Shown in pieces: positions 40,297-52,959 of a stretch of DNA of 64,000 bases. Origin of the DNA: Eledone cirrhosa. Taxonomy: Eukaryota. The stretch lies in contig OZ024742.1 of NCBI GenBank assembly GCA_964016885.1, positions 47,678,001 through 47,742,000 on the forward strand, given 5' to 3'. Both the position numbers and the translations under genes were made by a program. Below the pieces are notes generated by a model. That model was not told the origin of the DNA, ran no database searches, and saw only the letters and a program-made list of their open reading frames with translations. Positions within the stretch are counted from its first letter, which is position 1. Each line of letters opens with the position of its first letter.

Positions 40297-42700
40297 ATGG
40301 ATTATTACAACATAACCAATTCAACTAAAGACATTCCTATACCTGGTAAATCTGAATTCACCAAACTTCTTATTGAAAAAACTGACTCCTTCGTAAGAAG
40401 ACTTAGATGGACAGCCTATTTCTATGACCAGCGCCTAAAAGGGAACTTTCATACCAAAGAACACAACTTCCTCGATCATCTTTTTAATTCTAGACGAAAT
40501 CCTCCTTCCAACAAAAATCTAGCACAATTCGAGGATGAATTAACTAAAATAATAAAAAATCTTAAATTCAAGAGATACCCTTACAAAGGACAAGAGCACC
40601 TTGTAAATCTCAAGAACACAATCTCTAACCTAAATTCCTCAAAAAATGTTTTAGTCCACTCTGACAAAACCAATAACCTATATGGTATTTCCAAGGATAA
40701 TTATAACAACCTTATCCTAAAGGAACTTAGGAAAAAGTATCGTAAAACCAACCATGAAAATTTAGAATGCATAAACCTTGAAGCCTATGAGATTATGTCA
40801 AAACTTGGCATTGAAAAAAAGACCGAACCATTCCTCCCAAGAACTCCGAAGATAAATCTCAAGGATCACAAAAAGCAATTTTCGCACTGAACTACCTGTT
40901 AGATTAATCGCCCCCTCTAAATCTGATCTGGGGGTTGTTAGTAAAGCCATCTTGGATAGGATTATCCCACAGGTTAGTTCTAATTGCTCTTCTTTAAACC
41001 TAAATTTATGGTTTGGTACTTCTGAAGTGATTGGCTGGTTCAACAAATTGGATAATAAAAACAAACTAAAATTTATTCAATTCGATATTGCCAGCTACTA
41101 TTCCTCCATTTCGCCTTCACTTCTCAATAATGCTCTATCTTTCGCACTTAAATATTCTGACATCACCACAGATGAACATCACATCATCCTCACCGCACGT
41201 AAAACCATCCTAGAGTTCAACAACGAATATTGGACCAGAGCCGATACCTCTAACAACTTCGACATCACAATGGGAGCATCCGATTCATCCCAATTGACTG
41301 ATTTAATTGGTATCTTCATTTTGAACTCTTTGAGTCGGAAAATTCCTCAACTTCGCGGTGGAATTTATCGTGACGATGGACTCTTTACTATCCTAAATTG
41401 CAATATAGTTAAACTTAATATTATTAAGAACAATATACGTAATCTCTTTAACCAACATAACCTAAAAATTGAATTTGATAATAGTATCAAACTAGCTAAT
41501 TTCTTGGATGTATCTCTTAATCTTGACACTGGCCTATATTACCCTTACCATAAAAACAATGAGAATCTTAATTATGTTAACTTTAAATCTAACCATCCTA
41601 CCAATATCAAGAATGCTATAGTTAATAATATTGGAAATAAAATATCTAACATATCTTCTAATAAAAACATCTTTGATGCTAACGCCAATTACTATAATAA
41701 CGCACTTTCTAAAGCCGGCTATCCAGATAAAATCAAATATAATAAAGAAACAAATTCTAGGAAAACTTACAGTAGAATAATTAATCATGACCATTCCAAT
41801 AATTTTAATAAAAGACCTAGATACAAAAACATAATCTGGTATAATGCTCCTTTCTCCATCTCTATTAATAACAATATTCCTAAATTATTTTTTAGTGCCT
41901 TAAATAAATGCTTCCCCCCCTCACATATCTATAGTAAAATATTTAACAAACACACCATCAAATTTTCGTATTCTACATCCTCCAATATTTCCAACATCAT
42001 CTCTAAACACAACAACAAAATATTAAATACTAAATCTCTTCCTTCCAATATCGAATTTCATAATAACAGTAATAGTATTCCCGACGTCATTGTAAACCCT
42101 AGGCTAACTTCTGTAAACCCAAATACAACGTCAAACACAACTTCGCTAAATGTTCATAATCCAACTCTAAATCAAGAAACTATTATTCCTATTATTCCTA
42201 TCGCAAACAACTTCTCCAATCCAATTCCTTCTATAGATAACACTAGATCACTCATTAATAATCTCTCTAATTGCAACTGCCGCATCAAAAATAAATGTCC
42301 TCTCAACAACCATTGCCTCGATAAAAACTTAATTTATGAATGTAAAATTATAACTAGCACCAATTCCTTCACCTATTTTGGCTCCACTTCCACCTCTTTT
42401 AAAGCTCGTCTCTATAATCATCATTCATCTTTCAAATACAAACTTAAAAGAACTAACACTGCTCTCTCAGAACTCATATGGTCCTTAAAAGACAAAAACA
42501 TTAAATATAACATCTTTTGGAAAAAGATTTCTTCTGCATCCTCATACTTGAACAGCTCTCTATCTAAAATCTGTAATCTCTGCCTAAATGAAAAATTTAC
42601 CATTATCTCTAACCTAGATTCTGTAATAAACAGACGCTCAGATTTGTTTTCTATCTGCCTGCATAAATTCCATAGAACTTTTCACAAAGTATACAGTTAA
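40297..42700 (+). CDS. PLE reverse transcriptase + C-terminal GIY-YIG endonuclease (about 800 aa after removing one A at 40870-40874)
   Basis: MDYYNITNSTKDIPIP, RRLRW, SDKTNN, LKDHK/SNFRTELPVRLIAPSKSDLG, QFDIASYY, MGASDS, IYRDDGL, FLDV, WYNAPF, CNC..CPL, IYECK...YFGST...FKARLYNH, CNLCLNE, CLH. Confidence 0.9.
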
Positions 42701-43184
42701 TATTCAATTCTTTATCAATTTAGAATCTTTTCTCAAAGGCGCATATACATACACCTCTTTAAAATATACCCATCTACCTTACCTTACTTTAAAGGGCATT
42801 ATACACTCTATAATACTCGTTTACTCATTACCCTCATTCTATCTTCTCGTAAAATAATAACATTTGTTTTTGACATTTTGAATATTCATCCGCAATCATT
42901 ATTATTTTTTCTCTCTATCATAAATCTTTTTAATCTCAATTTCATCCTTAATTTATTATTATTTTTTTCTCCCCATCAACGAACTCATTATTAATACATA
43001 TCAATTCAATATACAAACTTTAACTTCACATTATTTTTCTCAAATCCTTCTACACACAAACCATAACAACTTTTCTCTTCGCTAATTTTGAAATTGCCAC
43101 AATACATACATTTCTTCTTTTGACGTTAGAATATTCACCCACAATTATTATTTTTGTTTTCTCTCTATCTTCATACATAATTTC

Positions 43185-43605
43185 CCTTCGTTAATTTTCA
43201 AATTCCTTTAATTTATACATTATCTTCCAACGGTTCCCAACCTCTCTATATTAAAACAATATATCTTTTTCTCAGTTATAAAAACTATCTCTTTCTCTCT
43301 ATCACCCATCTCTCCCTCTCCACCTTCACTCTCATCTCCTCCCCCCTTTTTTTCATCCTTTCCACCCCCCCCCCCCCTCCCTAAATAAAATATTTTTTCC
43401 TCGCACATATCCTCCCTTCGTTAATTTTCAAAATGTTTAATTTATACAGTATCTTCCAACGGTTTTCAACCCCTCTATGTAAAAAATATATCTCCTCTCA
43501 GTTATAAAAACTATCTCTTTCTCTCTATCACCCATCTCTCCCTCTCATCTCCTTCCCTTTTCATCCTTTTCCTCCCCCCCCTCTCTAAATAAAATATTTT
43601 TCCCA
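43185..43605 (+). repeat. Tandem ~230-bp duplication in the PLE 3' region
   Basis: CCCTTCGTTAATTTTCAAA...TATCTTCCAACGGTT...CTCAGTTATAAAAACTATCTCTTTCTCTCTATCACCCATCTCTCCCTCTCA occurs twice (from about 43184 and 43414). Confidence 0.85.
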
Positions 43606-43704
43606 ATATCACACATCAATCTAAAACCACTTTTCATATGTTGATTTAAAACTGCACTATCAACAAGTGTTTTTTTTTTTTTTAGCCTTCATATCATGTT
43701 CTCC

Positions 43705-43775
43705 TGTTTTATCTGATGAAAACACAAATATTATTGCTTGATGATGTTTGTTTTTGAAATGCGCATAATAAAATA
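43705..43775 (+). ncRNA. Type-I hammerhead ribozyme in the PLE 3' pLTR
   Basis: TGTTTTAT-CTGATGA(43713-19)-AAACACAAATATTATTGCTTGATGATGTTTGTTTTT-GAAA(43756-59)-TGCGCA-TA-ATAAAATA; stems I and II pair, stem III is palindromic. Confidence 0.88.
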
Positions 43776-43805
43776 TATGGAACTCCTTTAACCATCTTTT
43801 GATCT

Positions 43806-43843
<38 letters not shown>

Positions 43844-43910
43844 CGTAAAATAAGAAAATATTTTTCAAAAACATTTAAAAAAAATTTTTTACTTACTTAC
43901 TTAAATTTTC

Positions 43911-43992
43911 ACTCCAACTAATTAGTTTCTGCAATGGGATAAAGACAGTTACGTAATCCAACTGTCGAGAATTCATTGTGTCATCAGGGAGT
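43911..43992 (-). ncRNA. Type-I hammerhead ribozyme with extended stem II (family H, copy 1)
   Basis: Minus: ACTCC-CTGATGA-CACAATG...GACAGTT GGATTACGT AACTGTC...CATTGCA-GAAA-CTAATTAG-TT-GGAGT. Confidence 0.88.
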
Positions 43993-44467
43993 CTATTCTC
44001 AGTTAAGTCTCCAGGCAATGCGCGGACACTGGCGGCTCATATAAAAATAATAATAATTCGGTAGATCGAACAGCTGGCGAGGACTGGATTCTATGTACCG
44101 AAATTCTCACTGCTTCAAGTCAAATGGCCGATTCTAAAGAATCAATCACGTGACACAGAGGCTAGTTAGAAGGAATGGGATGGTAAGATGACTGACGCCT
44201 ACTAACACCCTAAAAAAAAAAAAATTTTTTTAGAAGTGGTTTTGGCAAGTTTGCTCGACAAATCAGTGATTTGGAGATAAATATAGATAATTTAATATAT
44301 CAACTAACATAAGCGCACAGATGCACGCCCATGCTAGCAAATACACAGGTTATGTCATAGTACCTAGGTGGTTCAATGCAGGAGAATGCAGAACAATAAT
44401 ATAAAAGACGTAAAATAAGAAAATATTTTTCAAAAAACTTTTTAAAAAATTTTTTACTTAAATTTTC

Positions 44468-44549
44468 ACTCCAACTAATTAGTTTCTGCAATGGGATAAA
44501 GACAGTTACGTAATCCAACTGTCGAGAATTCATTGCGTCATCAGGGAGT
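44468..44549 (-). ncRNA. Type-I hammerhead ribozyme (family H, copy 2)
   Basis: As copy 1, with stem II GCAATG/CATTGC fully paired; offset 557 nt. Confidence 0.9.
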
Positions 44550-45852
44550 CTATTCTCAGTTAAGTCTCCAGGCAATGCGCGGACACTGGCGACTCATATA
44601 AAAATAATAATAATTCCGTAGATCGAACAGCTGGCGAGGACTGGATTCTATTTACCGAAATTCTCCCAGCTTCAAGTCAAATGGCCGATTCTAAAGAATC
44701 AATCACGTGACACAGAGGCTAGTTAGAAGGAATGGGATGGTAGGATGACTGACGCCTACTAACACCCTAAAAAAAAAAAGAATTTTTCTAGAAGTGGTTT
44801 TGGTCTTTATCCCATTGCAGAAACTAATTAGTTGGAGTGAAAATTTAAGTAAGTAAGTAAAAAATTTTTTTAAAATTTTTTGGAAAAATATTTTCTTATT
44901 TTACGTCTTTTATATTATTGTTCTGCATTCTCCTGCATTGAACCACCTAGGTACTATGACATAACCTGTGTATTTGCTAGCATGGGCGTGCATCTGTGCG
45001 CTTATGTTAGTTGATATATTAAATTATCTATATATATATATATATATATACGTGCGTGTGTGTGTGTGAGATCTTTGCTACAAAATCCTTTATGTAAATA
45101 TAAAAAAAAAATGAATTGACACCAAAATTATTGTATTTTAAGCTGGTATTTTTGAAATCCATTACATTAATGTTTTCTTTTAATTGTTTTCTTTTAATTA
45201 ACATACTTAAATTGCTCATTAAAATATTGTGACTTCAAAAATACTGTTAAATCTATCACCAATTTCTTCATTTACTCTATTTGCAATGTTGCCAACTGTC
45301 ATTTAGTTTTGGCAAGCATATATAAATGTTCTTGTTTTACTGAATTGTTTTCCATGGTTTCATCATATAAGTGTATTTTATATTTTAATGTTTTTGTTTC
45401 TACTGATGCTAAAATATGAGTTTTCTTTTTATAATTGTCTCATCACAGTTAGATTTGTTGAGGTCGGTACCTACATACACACGCACGTGCACACGCACAA
45501 TCACGCACACACACACACACACGCATGTATATACATATATATGATGCAGATAGTATTTCCCAGAATGCGCAAACTGGGGCTATTGTAAGATTGTTTGCAA
45601 GCTTGCCTGTTGTTCTCGTTATAAGCTTGAGATTTCCTAATAGCATATTGCATACAAGTATTCTGTAATAATATATATTCTCTTAAATTCTCTAAGGGAA
45701 TTTATGATAATTTCACTTCTCTATGGTATATTATATTTATTGATATCTTTTCAGGAATTGATTAATTACCAGTCTTGTATAAATTCTTGTATAAATTCTT
45801 TATTTATACATTTGAAAGGCTGTCAATATTTTTGAGTAAGCTCGTATGTACA

Positions 45853-46033
45853 ATAATTGTTTCTACTTTTGGCACAAGGCCAGCAATTATCCAGTGCATT
45901 ACTGGTATTTTATTTTATCGACCCCGTAAGGATGTAAGGCAAAGTTAACCACGGCGGGATTCGAACTCAGAATGGCAAGGGCCGTAACTCTGTGCGTCAA
46001 ATCATAGCGTCCAACCCTCTACCGATACTGCCA
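45853..46033 (-). mobile_element. tRNA-derived SINE, near full length
   Basis: Reverse complement of the 27420-27602 family. Confidence 0.8.
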
Positions 46034-46393
46034 AATAATGAAACAAAATGCAGCGCAACACTTGAATAGTGTGGCTATATTCCACAAAGAAAATGCAGCA
46101 ATCAAACAAAACTGAAATATGTATCTTTTCTCTTTTATCACCCTTAAATTAATTGCATGCGCAGTCATAACGTCTTGTCAGCCAGATTCGCGTTTACCAT
46201 GGTAAGTGTGTTTTTCAAAATAATTATCTTGTTCAACGAACAAGCAATTAAAAAATATACATTGACAAATTGTTTGTATGCTGTTTTTGTAAATTATAAC
46301 AGTCATTTCAATCGTTGAAATCTGCTTCCAGATGTATAAAATTCTTCAATAATATATTTAGAAATCGAAATCCCACAAACACACCACACAGTT

Positions 46394-46553
46394 GAGGAAG
46401 TGTTGTAAGGAACCAGGTGGACCATAACGCACCAGAGTACTCAATACTTATGGTAGTAGAGTGGGTAATAGGAAATTGTTCAAGACCCCGACGGCAGAGT
46501 CAGAAATAGCCGTCGAAACGGCTTGAGCTCTGTCGTCGGAATCGTGAACAATT

Positions 46554-46557
<4 letters not shown>
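46394..46557 (-). mobile_element. Family A fold-back element
   Basis: GTAAGGAACCAGGTGGACCATAACGCACC...GACCCCGACGGCAGAG...AAATAGCCGTCGAAACGGCTTGAGCTCTGTCGTCGG. Confidence 0.8.
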
Positions 46558-46615
<58 letters not shown>

Positions 46616-47499
46616 GTATCTCTGTGTATGAATTTGAATTGAGACTTGATTTTTCTCTTTATTTTAGTAGAACTGGTTAATCAGATATACTACGGACTGC
46701 TGAGAAATAAAACGCTTTGAAGTTATTTTTTTTATGCCGACAAGGAAAACGTTTAGTATTAATATTATCGAGATATTTCGGTATAAAATGTCTTTGCCGT
46801 GATTTGTATTCCTTTGAATGTCAAGGAATTATGAATTGCTTATCACAGCTGCTTATTCTGTACAAAGAGATATCTGAGAATAAATAATAGTTTTACTCTC
46901 ACAAATAACACCAGACGAGAACTAAAGTCGTAATGTTAACGATAATTGACATGATTATCGTAACATGTTTGCATTTACCCGGACCAAACATCACATTTAA
47001 GACTTGCTGGTAGAATCGCAGAAAACAAAGAAAAGGCGAAGAGAAGTTATAGCTGATATCTACCTTTATCATGCTTGGTCTTTTAAGAAAAATAAACACA
47101 TTCCTACATAACATATTTTGTCAAAATAATATGACAAAAATAACAGATTTATTATTGTCTGCACAGAAAGCAAAAATGAAATTAAAAAAATATCTACTTG
47201 TCAGTATATTTGTTAGTAGTGCCTCTGAAAAAATATTAATTATACTGCATATCCTATTGAAAATTTGGTCTTGTAGAAGAAATGTGCATCTTAGAGAAAT
47301 CGAAAACATTTAATTAACAAGCAGAGTAATCTTTTATAAATAACGCTTTACATTTACACACATACACGCGGTCGCGCGCATAGACGCACTCATATACATG
47401 TATAACAAAGCTCAAACATATACACACCCACAGACATGCAAACATACACACACACACATATATATATCTATATATATATAACACGCTATCTTCAATTCG

Positions 47500-47630
47500 T
47501 GCCAATCCTTACCTATGGTCATAAATCTTGGGCAATGACCGAACTAATACGATCACGAGTACAAGCAGCCGAAATGGGGTTCCTCCGTAGGTGCTTAGCA
47601 TAACGTTACTCGACCGAGTGCGTAACTACG
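47500..47630 (+). mobile_element. RTE-type LINE fragment
   Basis: PILTYGHKSWAMTELIRSRVQAAEMGFLRR. Confidence 0.75.
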
Positions 47631-47669
47631 TTGACCCTCTCAGGTAAAATGGGTGAAACAGAAGGAAAG

Positions 47670-47741
47670 GAGGTCACAGAATGTGTGACGAAAGATCCCT
47701 TTGACACTATATAAACAACCACGCGGTTATCAAACTAACCA

Positions 47742-47745
<4 letters not shown>
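47670..47745 (+). mobile_element. Diverged family E HHR 3' half
   Basis: GGTCACAGAATGTGTGACGAAAGATCCCTTTGACACTATATAAACAA versus 12632-12676. Confidence 0.55.
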
Positions 47746-47820
<75 letters not shown>

Positions 47821-47834
47821 TAAAGGTGAATGTC

Positions 47835-47985
47835 TTATTGGTTAGTGTGTTGGGCTTGCAATCGTGAGGTTGTGAGTTCAATTCTCCGACCAGTGATGTG
47901 TTGTGTCTTTAAGTAAGACACTCTATTTCAATTCGCTCAACTTGACTCAGCTGTAGAAATGACTGGCGACGTCACTGGTGCCAAG
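47835..47985 (+). mobile_element. tRNA-derived SINE (second family)
   Basis: TGGTTAGTGTG A-box-like, GAGTTCAATTC B-box-like, GTGTTGTGTCTTTAAGTAAGACACT core. Confidence 0.6.
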
Positions 47986-48499
47986 AGAGAGAGATAGAGA
48001 GAGAGGGAGAGAGAAAGGGCGGAGAGTGTGAGATAGAAAGAGAGAGAGGGAGGGAGATCAATGCAGGGCTGTGTGGGTCAATATTTCGATTCACAGTCAT
48101 GTAGTTTCGATCCCAGGTCAACCACGTGGCATCATGGACATGTGTTCACTACTACATCGATGACTGGACCAATTTCTTTTGAGCGAAATTTTTTAGCCCG
48201 AAACAATTGTCTGTTGCAAATATATTTGTCAGTGATTAAGTTTACTTATTACCTCGACGACACATAACACTAAATAATTTCCAAATCTTAAAAAGAATTA
48301 TAGTTTATGAGAGATAACATGAAATATATTAAATAAATGAATAATGCTTCACATCAGAATTATAATAAACAACATTAATAAAACTAATTCTGCATCAGGG
48401 TACTATGTGTCGGTGTTGTATAAAACACGAGTTGAACTTAGAACGTAATGGCCCAGAATAGATATTGATAATTATGTCCGCGTAATAATAAGTCGATTA

Positions 48500-48595
48500 A
48501 ATCGACCCCAGTACGTTACTGGTGGCTTTATTTCATCAACCCGGTAAGGATGGAAGGCAAAGTTAACATCGGCAGGATTTGAACTCAGACCGTAG
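48500..48595 (-). mobile_element. SINE fragment
   Basis: GTAAGGATGGAAGGCAAAGTTAAC...GGATTTGAACTCAGA. Confidence 0.7.
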
Positions 48596-50661
48596 AGATG
48601 TCCGCTTTATAATGGATTCGTTTTGTATGACTCAATTTGAATGATAGTCATGGTCATTGCTGACGTGCCCAACATGTTGGGGGTTGTTTTGACAATATTA
48701 CGATCATATCACATAAATTTACATGTATCAATGCGTCTTTAATATCTTGAACTTCTATTTTAGGGAACCTTTTCGTCGTTCCAAACATCGTGCAGATGCT
48801 ATCTTGTTTTACTGAAAATGGGTTGATAGTAAATCAATGTAGTGTAAATAGAAAATGGACAAATAATTTGATGTATTGCTTTGTGGTTAATATTAATATA
48901 TATTGTTAAGAAGGTTAAAAATGATAGTGTTAGAATAAACCTGGTATTTAATCTCTCTTTCTATTCGACATGAAAAGCATGACTGCGTGGTTCGTTAAGC
49001 ATGTTTTACACAAAATCAATTCTTCCTATATGTAATGTGAGGGAACCATGCATGAACAATATATAAAAACCTATATATATATAAGTAGATGTTACAAAAT
49101 TACATGTATTATACATATAATTGTAACACCTGCATGGAGCTTGTATGCAATATTTGCAAGAAAGACTGGCAGTTGTGTGACGCAATCAGATGTGAACACA
49201 ATTATTTGTTATAGGATAACGATACAATGTCTGCGAAAGTCCGAAGAATATATGACTCGCCGCTTATGTTTGTTTACATTCAGTTCTCTTATATCAATTA
49301 TTTCATTGGTGGAATTTATAAACTAGGTTGTATTCACTGATTTTAGTGTTTACAGTAATCTGTTTCAATTTAAGATTTCTCAATTTTGTGAAGCTCATAG
49401 CCTTAAAGTCTCAGATCATTATCTCAGTAACGGGCGTATTCATCTGCCGCTTTACGATCGTCCATAATCACTGAATATTTATTGCTCCAACTTTAGCCGT
49501 TCTGATATTTTTATTACCACGACATAAGTGATAGTGGCATCTGAAGCATTTTAACAAGTTACATCGAAAACAAATGGTTAAGATGCTAATACCAAACAAT
49601 GAACACAAATACAACCGGTAACCCAGATACCATTTATGGTGCTATTAGAGTAATACCATAATAATATATATTAGTATTAATGATAAACCAAAAACCAAAT
49701 GTTAACAATATATTTGTGAATAATGAAGATTATAATATGAACGTCAAAAATATTGATACACTAAGACTAAGTACATTTAAATAAGATGAAGTTAAACTAA
49801 AAATGAAAGGTTCTCATTGTGTGGCTTTGCTCCCGGCTTCCTATAGCTATGCCATAAGCATGGGTTGCAATGGGAATAGGTAGATCAAGAGGCAATGGAA
49901 ATATATAGTATTTAGGATTATACTAGGTTATCAAAAGCATGCCTTGCATTACAACAATATAATAGAAATAAAGTAGAAAAAACACAGCGGTTAGTTTAAA
50001 GCAATGCAAACAAGTGTTGTCAACATTTTAAGATTTAAACCCTAACCCTAACCCTAACAACATTTAAAACCATCCGAATCTTAAACAGTATTTTAAAACA
50101 TTCACAAAGTGCTTTTAAAAGCTCATAGGCCTTTAAAAAAACAACATAAAAAGTTGACCATTTAAAAAAGAAACAGCCATCTTAAAATGGAACACTTAAA
50201 AAAAAACAATATACTCTTAAAAAATAATAGTGCCTAGGAGACAATGTACATAATGTAATTTATAATTACTAATATATAATTATCTCTAGATGTTTCGGTA
50301 AATTTCTGTAAGTGACTTACATGTAGCAAGAAATGCGACAAACATTATAGAGAACACGTAGAACCAATCATATATACGTATAATAAATATGATTATGTAA
50401 CATTTGCCTTAATGTTTATTGCATATATGATAATTCCGTAACGTTTGATTGCCACCTTTATGCTGGATGGATACCTTTGACGTGGAGTGCTGTTACGGCT
50501 TACACCTATTTACCAATGAAACCTAATAATGCAACTCATATGGATAAACAGCATAGCATTTAATTTTATATCTATCTATCTCTCTCTACAACACACACAC
50601 AACATACACGCACAGGAAAATATATGTATACACACACACATACACACGCACACACACACAA

Positions 50662-50735
<74 letters not shown>

Positions 50736-51053
50736 CCATAGGGAGAGACACATAAAAGGAGAGATAGTGAGTTTGTGTATGTGTGACAGAGAGTTAGTGA
50801 GATAGTTTGAATAAGCTAACATATGATGACGGATGGATACTTTAAAGAAACATATTTATAAGGATGCATTAGTAAATATAATTTTAAAATATTTTAATCT
50901 GATGGGAAGTTGTTATTATCAAGAGATATAAGAAACCAGTGATTTTTCTTGATGCGAGTAGAAAGTGGTTTTCGGTCCCAGGTGTTCCATGATATAGGCG
51001 TGCTAATTCCGGCGGAAACCGAGGTTATATAAGTGGATGTATAGTCATATTAG

Positions 51054-51093
<40 letters not shown>

Positions 51094-51106
51094 GCGTGTG
51101 TGTGTT

Positions 51107-51155
<49 letters not shown>

Positions 51156-52126
51156 TGTATAACCATTTAACTATGGGAATATTTTGAAATAACGTAGAAT
51201 CTAATATTCCACTTATTGTTACTGTAAAAATCAACCGAGAAGGCTAGACCAAGAAATCAACGATATAGCATTCATTGTTATTTATAAAGTAAAGAATCTT
51301 AATGCTGATACAAATTTTGATAATTTACTGAAACTGTAATAATAAAAATGCTATAATAATAAACATATACGTATAAGCGTGGGGATAAAATTAATATCTC
51401 AATAAATTACTAATGATGGTTATTCTGATTGATGTAATGATACAGAAATAATGGATATAGAAATAAATGCAAAAATGGAAATAATAAATCATGAAATAGG
51501 AATATAAAAGAAGATCGCAATATATAAATATCAAAATCTATATCATAGAAATGGAGTAAAGTGTAATAGATATATATATATGAATGAAAATAACCCGGAT
51601 AAATTACTAAATTACATTCAATCATTTAAATGATTGACGAATGTTTCGATCAACACAACAGAAATATTGAATTTGCTGCATTTTTCCAACCGTATTTTAG
51701 ATTTATATGCTTTTTGGATTTGAGGTATTTGGACATGCATTCGGTAAATTTACATTGTTGCTTTCCAAGCATCTCGGAACAATTGGCGTCTCCTAATTCA
51801 TGGAGGTCTTAATTATTTGAGACAGAACACGAAATATCATTAACAGAACCTGCATGCATGCACACATGCATACATGCATACATACATACATACATACATA
51901 CATTCATACATACATACCTACATTCATACATACATACATACATATATAGACGTGAACTCATTTTAAAATTATACATCTATTTTGCTTAACATCATTCACT
52001 AAATTAAGGTGTAAATGGTTCAACACAGTTTTCTGCTGACTCTTCATACTTTTGGCTGTTTAATAGTCGAATAGAAATCACGAATTTGGTTTGTTGCAGA
52101 TAATAGATTGTATGTATCATTATGTA

Positions 52127-52335
52127 AATCCCGCCAAGGTTGACTTTGCTTTTCATCCTTACGGGGTTGATAAAATAAAGTACCAGTAATGCACTGATTA
52201 ATTGCTGGCCTTGTGCCAAAAGTAGAAACAATTATGTAAATCTCGTGAGGATTGGAAGTATAGGTAGAGGGTCGGACGCCATGCTTTGACATTCTGAGTT
52301 CAAATCCCGCCGAGGTTAACTTTGCCTTTCATGCT
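52127..52335 (+). mobile_element. Two adjacent SINE fragments
   Basis: Core at 52127-52235 and head at 52255-52335. Confidence 0.75.
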
Positions 52336-52828
52336 TTCATGCTTTATGTAAAGCTCGTGTAAATGAACAATATAGATCAGCTAACATCGCCATAGATGAC
52401 TATTGCGAAACAGAAATGATTGAAGGTTGGACAGTTCGAGCTTCATAATGCACTGTTGTGACAGAATAAATACATAACATGTCTATGAACCTATCAGGAT
52501 ATTTGGTTTTTAAAGTAGCAAAATATACGTAATTCTAGAGGGAGTGTTTCGATGAGGACACTTGCATATTCGGAAGCAGTAAAAGAATATATTTCAAACC
52601 ACACTCAATCATAGGATAATATAATGCTAGACACACTAACATTTCAGCTAAGGTTATACGTTGATTCTGCACAAATTTGATTATAGGACTTCCGCAATGA
52701 GCTGAACATGAGCCTACCAAATACGAGGAGAAACACTAGATATATTTACAGAATTTATACCGTATCATTTGAATATATGTAAATATACACACAAATATAG
52801 ACACGCACACACACGTACACCCCCCCCC

Positions 52829-52873
<45 letters not shown>

Positions 52874-52959
52874 GGGGGGGGTGTACGTGTGTGTATATAT
52901 GTATAAAGTAATAATGAACACAACGTCCAAAATCCGAAGAGTCTTTGATGCACCCGCTC

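Larger units (their letters stand above)
39927..43812 (+). mobile_element. Near full-length Penelope-like retroelement in (TA)n: 5' inverted segment, truncated 5' pLTR, RT-GIY-YIG ORF, 1.1-kb 3' region, 3' pLTR with HHR
   Basis: 39927-40023 is the reverse complement of 40121-40217; 40036-40130 repeats at 43718-43812; TA tracts on both sides. Confidence 0.95.
43838..45030 (-). mobile_element. Family H retrozyme-like element: partial tandem of a 557-bp unit plus inverted segment (44803-45030)
   Basis: 43838-44245 repeats at about 44403-44803; 44803-45030 is the reverse complement of about 44281-44504; no ORF; TA flanks. Confidence 0.9.

Noticed and set aside
40888-40890. TGA ending ORF 40237..40890 as a possible selenocysteine codon (known in some Naiad PLEs)
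   Set aside because: Read-through meets TAG four codons later; the conserved protein continues in the +1 frame, and the endonuclease is C-terminal.
43838-44803. 557-bp direct repeat as the LTR pair of an LTR retrotransposon
   Set aside because: No TG...CA ends, primer-binding site or internal region; the HHR and inversion fit a PLE-type element.
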